Source: Adineta vaga (Eukaryota; Animalia; Rotifera). Taken from it: a DNA stretch of 64,000 nucleotides. Each line of letters opens with the position of its first letter. Within the stretch, counting starts at the first letter, position 1. Where the stretch lies: the NCBI GenBank assembly GCA_021613535.1, contig CP075494.1, positions 12,586,001 through 12,650,000 on the forward strand, in the 5' to 3' direction. The notes under the pieces were generated by a model, which did no database searches, was not told where the DNA came from, and saw only the letters and a program-made list of their open reading frames with translations. Made by a program: the position numbers and the translations under genes. Shown one piece after another: positions 37,194 to 49,369 of the stretch.

Positions 37194-38858
37194 CTAGTTT
37201 ACTGATTTGATAAACAAGCAAATCACAAGTGAAAACAATAAGAATAATGAATTATGTGAAAGTGAGTTCAATGACGATGATGATGATGATAGCGTAGACA
37301 TCATCTGAGTTGATGTGGTATTATAAAGTGAATAAACTGCTGATGGAATAATGATTGTTAGATTTAATGGTAATAAAACATTTGAAATAGTGATTGTTTG
37401 ATTGTAAACTAAATTACTTCGATAAAGCACCTGAAATAAATAGAATTCTATCATCATTTTCTGTTATATTCTATGATATAATCTTACTTTTAGAATATAT
37501 GTACCAGGTAATAATATTCTCCAAAATTCTCCTAATTCAGATACTTTAACGAGAGGTCGTCGATTATTAATCATAATTTCAGTCGATGGTATTGGATTCA
37601 AAAATTCGTTTAGAACTAAACCTTTGACACCTAAATTCAATTTTATAGAAAACAAAAAAAAATCATTACTGAAAATATAATCTCACCTTTCTGTGCTTGT
37701 GATAACATTTCAATCATTGCATCACGATTGTAAGTCCAATAATTCACCAGAGTATTACTTGTTGGATATTTACAACAAGAAATTTCCATTGTTAATTCAA
37801 TCGTACCATAATTAAAATAGCCATAATCTTGCATGCCACCAACAATTTCATACCAATCAGCACCACGAACTACATAACCAGTATCTGAATGTTCAGTTAA
37901 ACAATACTCATTTGTTTGAACTATTCGATTGACATAAGCATGTCCAATCATTTGATAAATATCATCATCATCGCTTGTAGATATACGCCCAACGTCTGCG
38001 AAATAAATCGAGACAGAAAGAAAATGTTAAATAAACTCTCATTGAAAAAAAGAAATTCTCTTACAATAACGATCATATGGTGTATTAATAACAAATGCTC
38101 CTCCATGATAATTTGCTGAAAGAACGAATGAAACATTTGTTAACCAAGATATAACTGCACTTGTTTCTTGAGCTTGAATTGATGATGAAAGTGCTGAACC
38201 GTAATAATCTGGAAAATTTCGATTTAAATCAATATTATTCATCGTATATCTAAAATAATTTCAAATTTACAATTCAATTTTCTTTTTTTCCCCACTTATT
38301 TACCTTCCGGTAACTGATGAACAATCACCATATTGAGATTGTTCTAATCCATCTGGATTCATCGATGGCATAATCCAAATTCTAGTACTGTTCATTAATT
38401 GTAGAATTTGTGTATCATTCGATGTTAAAAGATATTCAATTAAATAAAGTAAAACTTCCAATCCAACTACTTCATTACCATGCATATTTCCAATATATTT
38501 CACTTCCGGTCGAAGTAAAACATGTGTATTTGGCGAATATGCACTTAATGCCATAGCCCATAAAGATTTTCCTAAAAATATTATACATATCAAATCAAAT
38601 TTGAATATAGATTGAATGAATATGAATACCTCCTTGGGATTTTCCAATTTCAACTAAAGATGCTTTGGTTGGATATTGAGATGATAAATTTTTCAGAATG
38701 TTCGTCATTTCAGAATAACTATGATATCGATATTCCATGGCATGATTGTTCTGAGTAAATATTACTATTGTAAGAAAAAGATTTAATCCAATTTGAAACT
38801 TTAAAAAACAAATAATATAATTATCAATCATCTTTAGATAAATGTATGTATTTACCAT
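37194..38858 (-). CDS. CPM: Carboxypeptidase M-like M14B metallopeptidase, probably GPI-anchored
   Basis: Signal peptide; PEVKYIGNMHGNE, MPSMNPDG, DLNRNFPD, LSANYHGG, GADWY...GGMQD, EISCCKYP, GEFWRILLPGTY; Ser-rich plus hydrophobic C-terminus; first coding exon is ATG only. Confidence 0.9.
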
Positions 38859-39585
38859 TATAATATGTTTAAGCTATGTATTTAAACGAGTAATTATGTT
38901 CAATAGATTTACTTATGTATTATACATAATCGTTAACATTAGCACTTGGATAATATAAAATGTTTCTTCCTCTTTTTTTTCTCTATTTTATCAAAAACAA
39001 GCAAAAATATAGGGGTGATTACAAAACATCAATGTACTTTTTTTTTCTCATTCCGATGTCATGTTTTTTTTCCTCCTAGTGCATTGATAAACAAACAGAA
39101 CGGTAAAATAAAATGCATCCTCTTGAAAGACGTACTTGTATAAAATTATGAGTTATGAATTGTTAGAATGACATGTGACGTTACCATTCGATAAAGTTTG
39201 TTTTGATTGCTGCGATGAAATCAATAATTAATAATGTCGACTATCGAAACAGAAAATCTCATCACAAACACAAAGCAAGGTCAATTTTATGCTTAAAACT
39301 GGTTTCAGAACGAATGCATCATTCACATTTACGCAAAAAAAAAGTATTGTTGTTAAGATCTGCTATTCCATTTATGTGTGATGAGGGGTTTCAATTTCAC
39401 ACATGTATAAGTACTAATTATGTTTTTAATGAATTCTATAGAAATTTCTTGTTGTTGTTGTTATTTTCTGTTTGTTTTGCACTTAGTAGGAAGTGGAGGA
39501 TACCTTTCATCGACAATAAATAAAATGTCATTAGTAAATAAAGATTTTTATTTTTAAAAAATAATATTGAATGATAAATAGGAAA

Positions 39586-40173
39586 TTAATGCCGCTTGAC
39601 AGGTTGTTTTCCATTCGTATCTTTAGATATCAAGAAGAAAATCATGATAATAATGAAATAGTTTGAATTTACTTTTTCTTATTAGACGTGCATCGTATTC
39701 TTCTGTATCATCGTCTTCATTTTCAGAACTTTGATCTAAATTCAAAAAATAGATTTCATTTGTTTTAATTAGCTTACTAACCATGTGTTGAATAATAGTC
39801 TTGATCACTATTAAATCCATTTTGTGAATTATAGACTAAACAGATATAGATAAATAATAGGATGAATTAGTAACTATTAGATATATAATTACATTTTGAT
39901 ACTCGAGGAATTTTTGTATCCGATATATTGTACGATGCACATAATGAAGCTTTGCGTTTGAGAATTAGATTTATTTCAGATTCTAAATGAAGAAAATTAG
40001 ATTTATAAGAAGAAAAAAAAAGAAATTATCATACCAGGAGAAATAAATAATTCATCAGATTGGTTTGTTGAGAAGATTTTAACAAATTCTTGTTGTCGAA
40101 TAAGATAATATGTAAGAGGATAACGAGTTTTAAGTAATTTATCAAGTAAACAACCTTGCATTGTCTTGCTCAT
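39586..40173 (-). CDS. Hypothetical 5-exon protein
   Basis: Five exons join in frame through canonical ~60-nt GT-AG introns: MSKTMQGCLLDKLLKTRYP...DQSSENEDDDTEEYDARLIRKNTNGKQPVKRH*. Confidence 0.65.
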
Positions 40174-40450
40174 GATGAGAATGATTATTACATTTGAAAC
40201 AATTGAATTTTATCATTGCGCTACAATCGTTGTTTCAGAGTGAATTTTTCATTGGTAATTAAATGTATCTTATGATTTAGTAGATCTTTGTTCTTAACAT
40301 TTTATATCTATTCTCTAACTAAATAACTAATATAAAGAAACGAAACGAATCATTTCATAAGATGAATGTTTATTCGTGAAAATAAAAATCAGGCAATTTT
40401 ATTGATCGAAAAGAATAGAATAACATTTGATTCAAGTTCTTTATCGTTAT

Positions 40451-40487
40451 AGAAGAAGAAGAAGAAGAAGAAGAAGAAAAAAAGAAG
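40451..40487. repeat. (GAA)n microsatellite
   Basis: Direct tandem repeat. Confidence 0.9.
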
Positions 40488-40545
40488 AGAGTTACGAAAA
40501 GAAAAAGCATTTGATATTTGAACGAAATTAATCGTAATAAACGAA

Positions 40546-41847
40546 TTAAATTTTATGCATGCGTATGTCATTTTTGGTGGATACAGCCAAGATATTTGCA
40601 CCAAATAGACTAACATGATAAGGTTCTGGAGTATAATCAATGACTTTTTTTACTTTACCGTCTTTTGTTATATACAATAGACGTTTTGTTTCATAATCAG
40701 CAACAAGCCATTCATCAGAACGAAGTGCACAACAACCAAATTTACGATTTTGATTACAGATAATATCTAATCGAAGTGACCAAAGACGATTTAATGTTTC
40801 AGCATCTCGTGATTCGATACGTAATGTTTTCTTGGTGATATTCACAATAATTAAAGCAAGTCGACCATTATTGTAAACAATACCACTGATAACTTCATCT
40901 CGTGAACAAGTATGAGGAGATTTCAATTCTCTAATTAACTGTATCGAAGGTAACAGTCTGTACTCTTTAATAGATGACGCTCGTTCACCTGTAGATAAAT
41001 AGAGTGATGTGTTAGAGCATGTACACGACAGCCAAAGACCCGTTTCAATTGTTTGTACATTATCAATCGTCATTGTATTTTCATCGACAAGTAAAACATC
41101 ATTTTCTTCAATAACAATAAAACGATTTAATGTTGCTGACCAACACATATCATAAATAGCATCATATGACCAAAGTGTTTGTTTGACGATATTCATTTCT
41201 TGATCAACTAAACATAGATTCGGCTGTTGATGAATCAATAAATATCGATCATTACTAGCTAGAGCATAACTTCCAGCTGAACGATTTATTGTTTTGTAAA
41301 CAGGTGCAAGTGTTGATATACATGGTTCTTGATCCGCTTTTTCTTTGACAATAACTAAGGCATTATCAATAATTAATGGACGTGTATGAACTGTAAAACA
41401 TGTTTGTTCAATTTTATCAATTGTTCTTCCAAGTTGTCGAATTGTTGCTGTTAAAGAAACAATATCTTTACGTGTTGTTTCTTGTGCACGAATAAGTTCA
41501 GCAACTTTAGTTTGTACACGAGCGATTTTTTCACGTTGTTCAGCAACTTTTTCATGAACAAGTCGATCAAGTTCTTGAAATTTTTGTTCAAAAAATCGAT
41601 CGATCTTTTCATAACATTCATCACGCCATTTTTCTAATTTTCGACGACAATCACCAATTGCATGTTGAGTATGAATTGATTTGAGGCGATCATCGAGAAT
41701 ATTGATTTCTTCAGCTAATGGATTTAATTGTGAAATAAGTGCAGCATTATGTTCATTGATATGTTGAAGACAAAGATTTTCTTGACAACAATCACATAAC
41801 CAACGTGATTGACGATGACATTTCGGTACTGCACATTGTTGAGACAT
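40546..41847 (-). CDS. B-box-like zinc finger + coiled coil + putative beta-propeller protein, copy 1
   Basis: C-x4-C...CDCCQENLCLQHINEH, long coiled coil, beta-rich C-terminal repeats; intronless. Confidence 0.85.
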   Translation of the reverse strand: MSQQCAVPKCHRQSRWLCDCCQENLCLQHINEHNAALISQLNPLAEEINILDDRLKSIHTQHAIGDCRRKLEKWRDECYEKIDRFFEQKFQELDRLVHEKVAEQREKIARVQTKVAELIRAQETTRKDIVSLTATIRQLGRTIDKIEQTCFTVHTRPLIIDNALVIVKEKADQEPCISTLAPVYKTINRSAGSYALASNDRYLLIHQQPNLCLVDQEMNIVKQTLWSYDAIYDMCWSATLNRFIVIEENDVLLVDENTMTIDNVQTIETGLWLSCTCSNTSLYLSTGERASSIKEYRLLPSIQLIRELKSPHTCSRDEVISGIVYNNGRLALIIVNITKKTLRIESRDAETLNRLWSLRLDIICNQNRKFGCCALRSDEWLVADYETKRLLYITKDGKVKKVIDYTPEPYHVSLFGANILAVSTKNDIRMHKI

Positions 41848-43009
41848 TTGATGAATGTGCAAGACTATTTTGTTCGGTGAAAAAACTCAGGAAGACATTT
41901 TTTTTCTCAATCAAGGTTATAGAATATAGACAGAATAGATCAAGTGTGTACAGAACACAGTACATCAATATCAAAATGCATTTCATGGTAGGAAAGAGAG
42001 AAACTTCCATTGTAGATAAATGAAATTAATTTCAAGGATTTTCAATATTCAAAACAATTTCTTTCAATTAAGTAAACAAGGATTGCCAATGATAAATGAA
42101 ATCTATCTTCGTCGTATATGTGTTACATGTTTAAAAGGTAGAGATCAGTTTGAAAGATGAGGGTCATTTTCAAGGAAAAAAAGGAATTTGAATCGTAATA
42201 TATTCGTTGAATTGATTTTAAAATATGAGTAAAACCTTTCGCAGGTTTTTTTAAATTTCAGTACCTTCTTTAGTACATTTGTCTACATATTCCTTGACTG
42301 ACTTATCAAGCTCATTCTACTCTATTACCGCACAACCTTGCTAAGCAAGGTTGACAGACATGAACCAGACATCAAAACCAAAGGTCATAGACTTCCTGAT
42401 ATCGATATTATAAGCATATCAAATGAAAATTCTATATTTTACTGTACAAAACTAATTCAGTCATATTTTTGGCCATGTTCCTTAATTAATTTTGATCGAA
42501 AGTTCTATCAAATGGTATTGTTATGAACATAGAATGAGACGACAACGAATAAATAATGGTAGCATCGTAGACAACTTGCATTTCAAAAACAATTTATTCA
42601 TGTTAGGCAAGAAAAAAAGAACGCAGAGACGCCGCTATGAAATGTATATACTCAATGATGAATGACTTCTCTACTTCTTTAGGAATTGTTTAATAGACAC
42701 CATAGTTTTCCTATGCTAGAAATGAACAATGCAACTGAATCTGACCCAACGAATGATGATAAAATATTTCTGAACTATGTATATAGTACAACAACACTTG
42801 TCTTGTGATCAAAATGATTACTGAAAATACAATACTGATTTAGAAGATTATTGACAAGAATAACTATACGATATGAGGTCTCGTTTATATAATTGTCTAT
42901 CAATCATTTAAAACTACAACAATAACAACACATTCTTCTGAATATATTGAAGTGTTAAAAAAAAAGATTGAAACCATCAAAGAATGAAAATAGAAATTTA
43001 GTTATCAAA

Positions 43010-44311
43010 TTAAAGTTTATGTAAATTCACTCCATCGTTTCTAGATACAACCAACATATTACCAAATAGATTAGCACGATAAGGTATAGCACTATATGGA
43101 ATGATTTTCTTCACTTTACCATCTTCTGTAATGTGCAATAGACGTCTCGTCTCAAAGTCCGAGACAAGCCATTCATGACATGTCAGTGCACAACATCGAA
43201 ATGCTATACTTTGAGTACATATAATATCAAGTTGACGTGACCAAATAAAATTCAATGTTTTTACATCACTCAATACAATACGTAACGTTTTCTTTGCTTC
43301 ATTCATAATCATTAAAGCTAGTTTACCATCATTATAAACAATACCACTAATGACTTCATTTTGAGCACATGTCACAGGATATTTCCATTCTTTAATAATT
43401 TTTATTGAAGGTAATAAACGAAATTCTACAATCGATGAAGTATATTCATTGGTCGATAGAAATAACGACGTATCCGAACATGTACACGATTGCCAATATC
43501 GTTCTTTCGATATTTTGACATTGTCCATTGACAATGTACTTTCATTAACAGTAAAGATTAGTTTACCACCAATAATAATAAATCGTTTCAATGTTGATGA
43601 CCAACACATATCATAGATAGCATCATGACACCATGGAATTTGTTTGATGATATTCATCTCTTGATCAAGTAAACTAAGATTAGGTTGTTGATGAATTAAT
43701 AAATATCGATCATTACTAGCTAATGATGCATAACTACCATCTGGCCGATCAATTGTTTTCCATACAGATCCAAGAGTATCTAAATCAATTTCATGGTCAA
43801 CTGTATCTTTCGTAAACACTAATGTATCATTGAGTAGACAAGGACGACTGATAATCATTGAATGTGTTTGTTCAATTTTATCAATATCTCTATTTAGTTG
43901 TCGAATAGTTAATGTTAATTGATCGATATCTCGACGTGTTGTTTCTTGTGCACTAATGAATTCAGTCATTTTTGATTGTATTTGACTAAGTTTTTCATGT
44001 TGTTCACTGTTTTTTTCATTCACAAATTGATCATATTCTTGACATTTTTGAACAAATAATCGATCAATTTTCTCATGACATTCTTCACGCCATTTTTGCA
44101 ATTTCTGTCGACATTTTTCAATGATTTGCTGAACATTCAGTGATTTAAGACGATCACCGAGTGTATTTATTTCATCAGTCAATGGATTTAATTGTGAAAT
44201 AAGTGAAGCATTATGTTCATTTAAATGTTGAAGACAAAGATTTTGTTGGCAACAATCACATAAACCACGAGCTATACGATTGCATTTGTGTGCAGCACAT
44301 TGATGAGGCAT
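43010..44311 (-). CDS. B-box-like zinc finger + coiled coil + putative beta-propeller protein, copy 2
   Basis: Collinear with copy 1 (LASNDRYLLIHQQPNL, DAIYDMCWS, EVISGIVYN.G.LAL); both 433 aa. Confidence 0.85.
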   Translation of the reverse strand: MPHQCAAHKCNRIARGLCDCCQQNLCLQHLNEHNASLISQLNPLTDEINTLGDRLKSLNVQQIIEKCRQKLQKWREECHEKIDRLFVQKCQEYDQFVNEKNSEQHEKLSQIQSKMTEFISAQETTRRDIDQLTLTIRQLNRDIDKIEQTHSMIISRPCLLNDTLVFTKDTVDHEIDLDTLGSVWKTIDRPDGSYASLASNDRYLLIHQQPNLSLLDQEMNIIKQIPWCHDAIYDMCWSSTLKRFIIIGGKLIFTVNESTLSMDNVKISKERYWQSCTCSDTSLFLSTNEYTSSIVEFRLLPSIKIIKEWKYPVTCAQNEVISGIVYNDGKLALMIMNEAKKTLRIVLSDVKTLNFIWSRQLDIICTQSIAFRCCALTCHEWLVSDFETRRLLHITEDGKVKKIIPYSAIPYRANLFGNMLVVSRNDGVNLHKL

Positions 44312-44568
44312 CTTTGAATATGTAGAAAGTTATTTTGTTTATTAGAAACCTCGTTAAAAAACAAGCACGACACGTTTCTTTTTGCTCAAGGTAACTCTCT
44401 TTATGTAGGAGGAAAATGACGAAAAATCGTTTCTTTTTTTATATATAAACTGATATAATTAGAACGATAGTCTACTTTAAAAATCGAACTATCACGAACA
44501 ACATGGTAATCAACGCAATGATTGAGAATATTTATTACTCAAATGTTATCCCGAAGCCTGATGATAAA

Positions 44569-44610
44569 TTCATTCATTCATTTATTCATTCATTCATTCA
44601 TTCATTCATT
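44569..44610. repeat. (CATT)n microsatellite
   Basis: Direct tandem repeat with one variant unit. Confidence 0.9.
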
Positions 44611-44853
44611 CGAAGAAAAAACCGATACACTTATTGAATATTAGTTATTCGCTACACATACGATTGATTGCTGATTTATGAACGACAAGCGGAACCGTGT
44701 ATGATAATAGTTGTTATCAACTAAATATCGGTGAGAAATTCGTTTCAAGGTAATTGTTACCAACTCATTCGAAGTAATAGGTTTGTTCTGTACAGTTTCA
44801 ATAGCATTTTATTAAAGAACATGAAATATCTGACATAGAAAAATGTCTTCTAT

Positions 44854-46629
44854 TTACGATGAATTCATTTGTTGTTCAAGTAATAAACGTGCCATTTGTG
44901 CAAATGTTGGTGCTGCGATCACTGCTGATTCATCCAATTCTCCATTCACTGGTGGCTAAAATTAATTTTTAATAATTATTCACATGAAGAAAAAAACAAT
45001 TGTAACTTCAAAAATCTTACCATTGGCACAAATTTAATTGAATCCTGATAACATGTTGGTTTTTGCATTGAACCATTTCTTGATGCAAGAGTATGTGCAA
45101 CAACTTCTTCATGTGTATCATTTGTAAAAGTCTATTGAAAAACAAATAAGTAATCACATTGTTCATTGGAAGAAAGTTTTAAACTTACACTAAATGGAAT
45201 AGAAATACTTGATCCATCATGAACATCATCAATATCAATTTTAGCAAGAATAATATTCGTAATAGGACCTGCAAATAAATAAGAAAAGATTAACGATTCA
45301 ATGCAAATATCTTTTCATACTTGAACATGATTTTTTGAAACGAATTTGTCCTGATGATAAATCCCACATGGCACAATCTTTATCCAAACTACCTGAATAT
45401 AGAATTTGTTCATCAGCACTCAATCGAAGTGATATCACTGATCCTCTGAAAAAGAAAGAAGTGAATTCATTAACTTCATAGTGTTTGTTTACTGATGATG
45501 AACCAATTGTTTAGAATTATTATTATCAATGGTTATTGTTGGATTCTGATGTTGAAAATTTCCAAACTACGAGAAAAGAATTATTTTCTCAACATTTAAA
45601 AGTAAAATATCGTATTCGTCGATTTACTTGTGTTGTTAACGTTCGTAAAGGAACAACATAGATTACACCTGTATCAGTTCCACAATAGATTGTTGTTGAA
45701 AATGATGATGCACAAATCGAATGAATTTCATTGGGAAATAAAAATGTGCATAAACATTTTCCTGTTACAATATCCCATAACTAAAAGTTCAATAGTCGAA
45801 CGAAAAAGACCTTTCATAAAGTAAGAAGGAAACATACGCGAACACTAAGATCACTGGAAGCAGTTAAAATCAAATGAAATTTACCAATCGATGTTTGACA
45901 TACATCATGAATAGGACCTGTATGACCTTGAAAGGATTTTGTTGGTGATATATCAATATTTCGATCGAGATTGATTCTATGAAGAAACCAAAATAAGATA
46001 CATAAATAGAAATTGAAATGGAAGAATTTACTCTTCAATATTCCATCGATGAATAAGATTATCTTCTCCCGTTGATATTAAGCAATCCTGATCTTCATCA
46101 TATAATAAGTAATTAATTGTTCGAATATGAGCAGACAATGTTATCAAATGTTGTCCATTATCAAGCTATAGGTAATATTAAAAAGTAGCAAACACAAGAA
46201 AAATAGAGATGATTTGATAGTTTACTTTATAGAGAAATATTTTATTTCCAACTGCACAAGCCAATACTGTTGAATCTCTGACAAAAGTCATGCAAGTAAC
46301 TGGTCCTGCAACTGTCATCTTTTTATAATCACGATTCTACCAAAAAATAAAACATTGAACTAATAGAAGATTTAAGATTAATAAAGAAAATTTACTCGAC
46401 TATTTAGATTCCAAATATAGATCGATGGTCGATCAATCGCCGCAGCATAAATATGATCTCGAGAACATAGAAGACCATGAGAAACAACAGGTGCATCACA
46501 TTTAAATGTAAGAAGAACATTGCCATTTAATCCATTAAAACCACTGATTGTCCATGGATGAGCTTGTTGTGTAGTTATTAGAACAGTAGGTTGATATTGA
46601 GGCATATTTGTTGTCTTTGAAGAGTGCAT
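44854..46629 (-). CDS. WDR18: WD repeat protein 18 (Ipi3, Rix1 complex)
   Basis: Multi-exon; GPVTC.., LSAHIR.I, GHTGPIHD..ILTASSD.SV.LWD...GKC..TFLFP, SLDKDCAMWD..SGQ, GPITNI. Confidence 0.75.
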
Positions 46630-46961
46630 GATTGGAATTTATGTTACGATTAAGTGAAATGTTTGAAATTGAATCGAATCGAAGATGAAGAAAAAAACGA
46701 ATCTATATTCTATTCGAAGAAAGATAAACTTATTGGTTAATATCACAGATGTCACTGTGAATAAAAGAGATAATTTTCAATTTTTATTTCAAGAATTATT
46801 TTGACATCCAAATTTGAATTTACCCTAAGACTCAATTAATATAAAAGTATTAATATGCCTAACAAGTGAATAAAATCAAGTCGTTACATACAATATTGTT
46901 AGGTTTATGAAATATATTTTGAGAAAAGTTTTATTAGTGTATAGTATATTAGAAGAATAAA

Positions 46962-48656
46962 TTATGGACTTGAGAAAGTATGCATATTAGCAAATGCATT
47001 AAAATTATTGCCACTATTTTGTTGAGGAGCATTCTTGCCTTCCGACCACCATGTTTTGCCATCGGGACCAACCATTGAAATAGTAACATAACCTGGATTA
47101 CTTGGATAAGGGATGCATTCAGTCTGTTCAAGTTGAGTAATTCTATAGCTGGATTTTGAACCATTTAAATCGACTAAAACCGTATAAAATCCTCCATTTG
47201 GTTTAGTACTTTTGATGATAGAATGAATGGCAACACAATCTTGTGCATCATTACGATATTGAGGCGCATCACCATTAACATTATTCTTCGGATGAATACG
47301 ATACCACCAATAAAATTGATCTCTAGTTACAGTAGGTCGAGCATTATTCTTATACCATTGAATATAATGTTTTGATAATTCTAACCAAGCATCATGATGC
47401 ATTGCTTGTGGTGTATTAATCATATCACTGATACCACCCATATCTGTAGGTAAATCACTACTAATTGAACATACATAAGAAGCTTCGGAATAATCATTCC
47501 ATGTAATAATTTGAACAAAATCTGGTTGTAACGATACAATTTGTTGCCATCGTTCGGGAAGAAGTCTTTCAGAACCATAAATCCAATTTTTATTCCAACC
47601 TGATCCCCAAACACGAGTATAAAACCATGGAGCAAGTGGAGCCATATATGTTTTACCAGTTGCTTTAGCACTAGCAAGTAGGTTTCTATCGCCAGTAGTG
47701 TCGAAATGAGCACCTGGCCCAGAATTACCAGCAGGCCATGCATTCCAAGTAAAGATACAATCAGCAACCGGATGTGACTGTAATAGATTAGCTGTAGAAT
47801 AGTTTGGCCAACTAGGACAAAAATATGGATTCAATCCACTAGCCGCTTTCCAACCTGACCAGAACATATCTTGATGTTCACCAGCAAATGTTGAGTATAG
47901 AGGTCGACCATTTACACGGAAATAATTAGGATGACTAGCAGCAAAATGAAAACGTGCAAGTACACCATTATTGAAAGTAAGAGAAGACATATCAAATGAA
48001 ATAAACATTGAGAAATCCCCATTATTCTTGGCTGCAGCAAGAGCTTTAGCTACACGATCTGGTTGCCAATCATCAATACCAACATTGAGTGCAAATCCAT
48101 CAATACCAGCTGCTTTTGCTCGTTTAATTTGACCATCAAAGAAGTTTTGATCAGATGGATAAGCAAAGCCGACCATATAGTGAGCAAATACTTTCTTACT
48201 AGATCCAGATGATGGACCAGGTGATGAAGTACTAGTAGGATTTGTTGGAGAATTGATGACTTCAGCCGTGAGAGGATAAGCAAATGAACCAACGATTTTA
48301 AGACGAATAGAACCAGTAGATGTAGAAAATTTACAATCTGGTCCTCCTCTTCCATCACATCCCCATTGTACATCCCACGTATTTCCAACAGTGACTTTCC
48401 AATAGTATAATTTATTTGGTTGAAGTCCATGAATATCAACAGCATATTCGCATGATTGAACATTAGTATCATGCATAAGACCTTTCGGTTCAGTTGGATT
48501 CCAATTTGAACTGGATCCCGCATCGACAGCCCAATCACCAACAGCACGATAAGGTTGATCGGCCCATCCACAATTCGGATCATTGTATCTAGCTGAGACG
48601 ATGACAATGCAGTATAGCAATGTGAACACTAGCAATAAAATTCTAGTGTTGTTCAT
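46962..48656 (-). CDS. Secreted alpha-1,3-glucanase (GH71) with N-terminal X25-like module
   Basis: Signal peptide MNNTRILLL; S/T/P linker; KKVFAHYMVG, AKAAGIDGFALNVG, FISFDM, YMAPLAPWFY, VQIITWNDYSE, WYRIHPK; coding region intronless, AG directly before ATG. Confidence 0.92.
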   Translation of the reverse strand: MNNTRILLLVFTLLYCIVIVSARYNDPNCGWADQPYRAVGDWAVDAGSSSNWNPTEPKGLMHDTNVQSCEYAVDIHGLQPNKLYYWKVTVGNTWDVQWGCDGRGGPDCKFSTSTGSIRLKIVGSFAYPLTAEVINSPTNPTSTSSPGPSSGSSKKVFAHYMVGFAYPSDQNFFDGQIKRAKAAGIDGFALNVGIDDWQPDRVAKALAAAKNNGDFSMFISFDMSSLTFNNGVLARFHFAASHPNYFRVNGRPLYSTFAGEHQDMFWSGWKAASGLNPYFCPSWPNYSTANLLQSHPVADCIFTWNAWPAGNSGPGAHFDTTGDRNLLASAKATGKTYMAPLAPWFYTRVWGSGWNKNWIYGSERLLPERWQQIVSLQPDFVQIITWNDYSEASYVCSISSDLPTDMGGISDMINTPQAMHHDAWLELSKHYIQWYKNNARPTVTRDQFYWWYRIHPKNNVNGDAPQYRNDAQDCVAIHSIIKSTKPNGGFYTVLVDLNGSKSSYRITQLEQTECIPYPSNPGYVTISMVGPDGKTWWSEGKNAPQQNSGNNFNAFANMHTFSSP

Positions 48657-49369
48657 CTGTAAAAAATATTTCAAAACACTTAATATATGAAATTTACAAA
48701 TATTTCAAAATGAATATTCAATTTACCTCGATGAATTCTTCTTTCAAATTAGCGACGTTGCTATATGAGCTGTTTAAATTTCTATCTAAAACGTCTACTT
48801 GTTTCTATACGTGTATATATACACTATCTAAACCTACTTTATGTCAATAAGTTGATAATCGATACCAGGTGCTTTTTGTTATTAGACTCGTTATTCCGAT
48901 ATTTTTTTTTTCAATAATTAGTAATAAGATACTCTTTGTACTTTCATACTTAAATCTTTCGCAGTGCAGATAAAGTCATTATCCTTTTCAAGTATATATT
49001 TTTCTTTTCGAATACTACGTAATTTTAATTCTTTACTCTCGATTCGAACAGAATCGCTTTTGATGTAAAAGTCAATTTGTTCCAGAGTGCAATTAAATTA
49101 TCTTACGATCAAGAGTTGAATAAAACTTTCTTTTGTTCAGATTCTTGAGAAAAATTATGAAATGATAAAAATATTTATCCATCAGCTCGAACACCGACAG
49201 ATGTCACAAACTGATTTCTGTATAGTAATTGTTCTTCAAAGATTGGTTATATAATTTCTCCAATGATCGAACTACGATAGGATATACATATGTAATGTAG
49301 GAAGGAACGAACCGATCACTGATCGACTACTTTTTCTGGTTCGTTGTTAATTTCTTGATCATTATTCGA

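Noticed and set aside
44558-44620. CTGATGA followed by repeats
   Set aside because: A (CATT)n microsatellite with no hammerhead or snoRNA architecture
47420-48607. Long alternative-frame ORFs inside the GH71 gene and similar shadow ORFs elsewhere
   Set aside because: Out-of-frame shadows of well-supported CDSs with no motifs of their own
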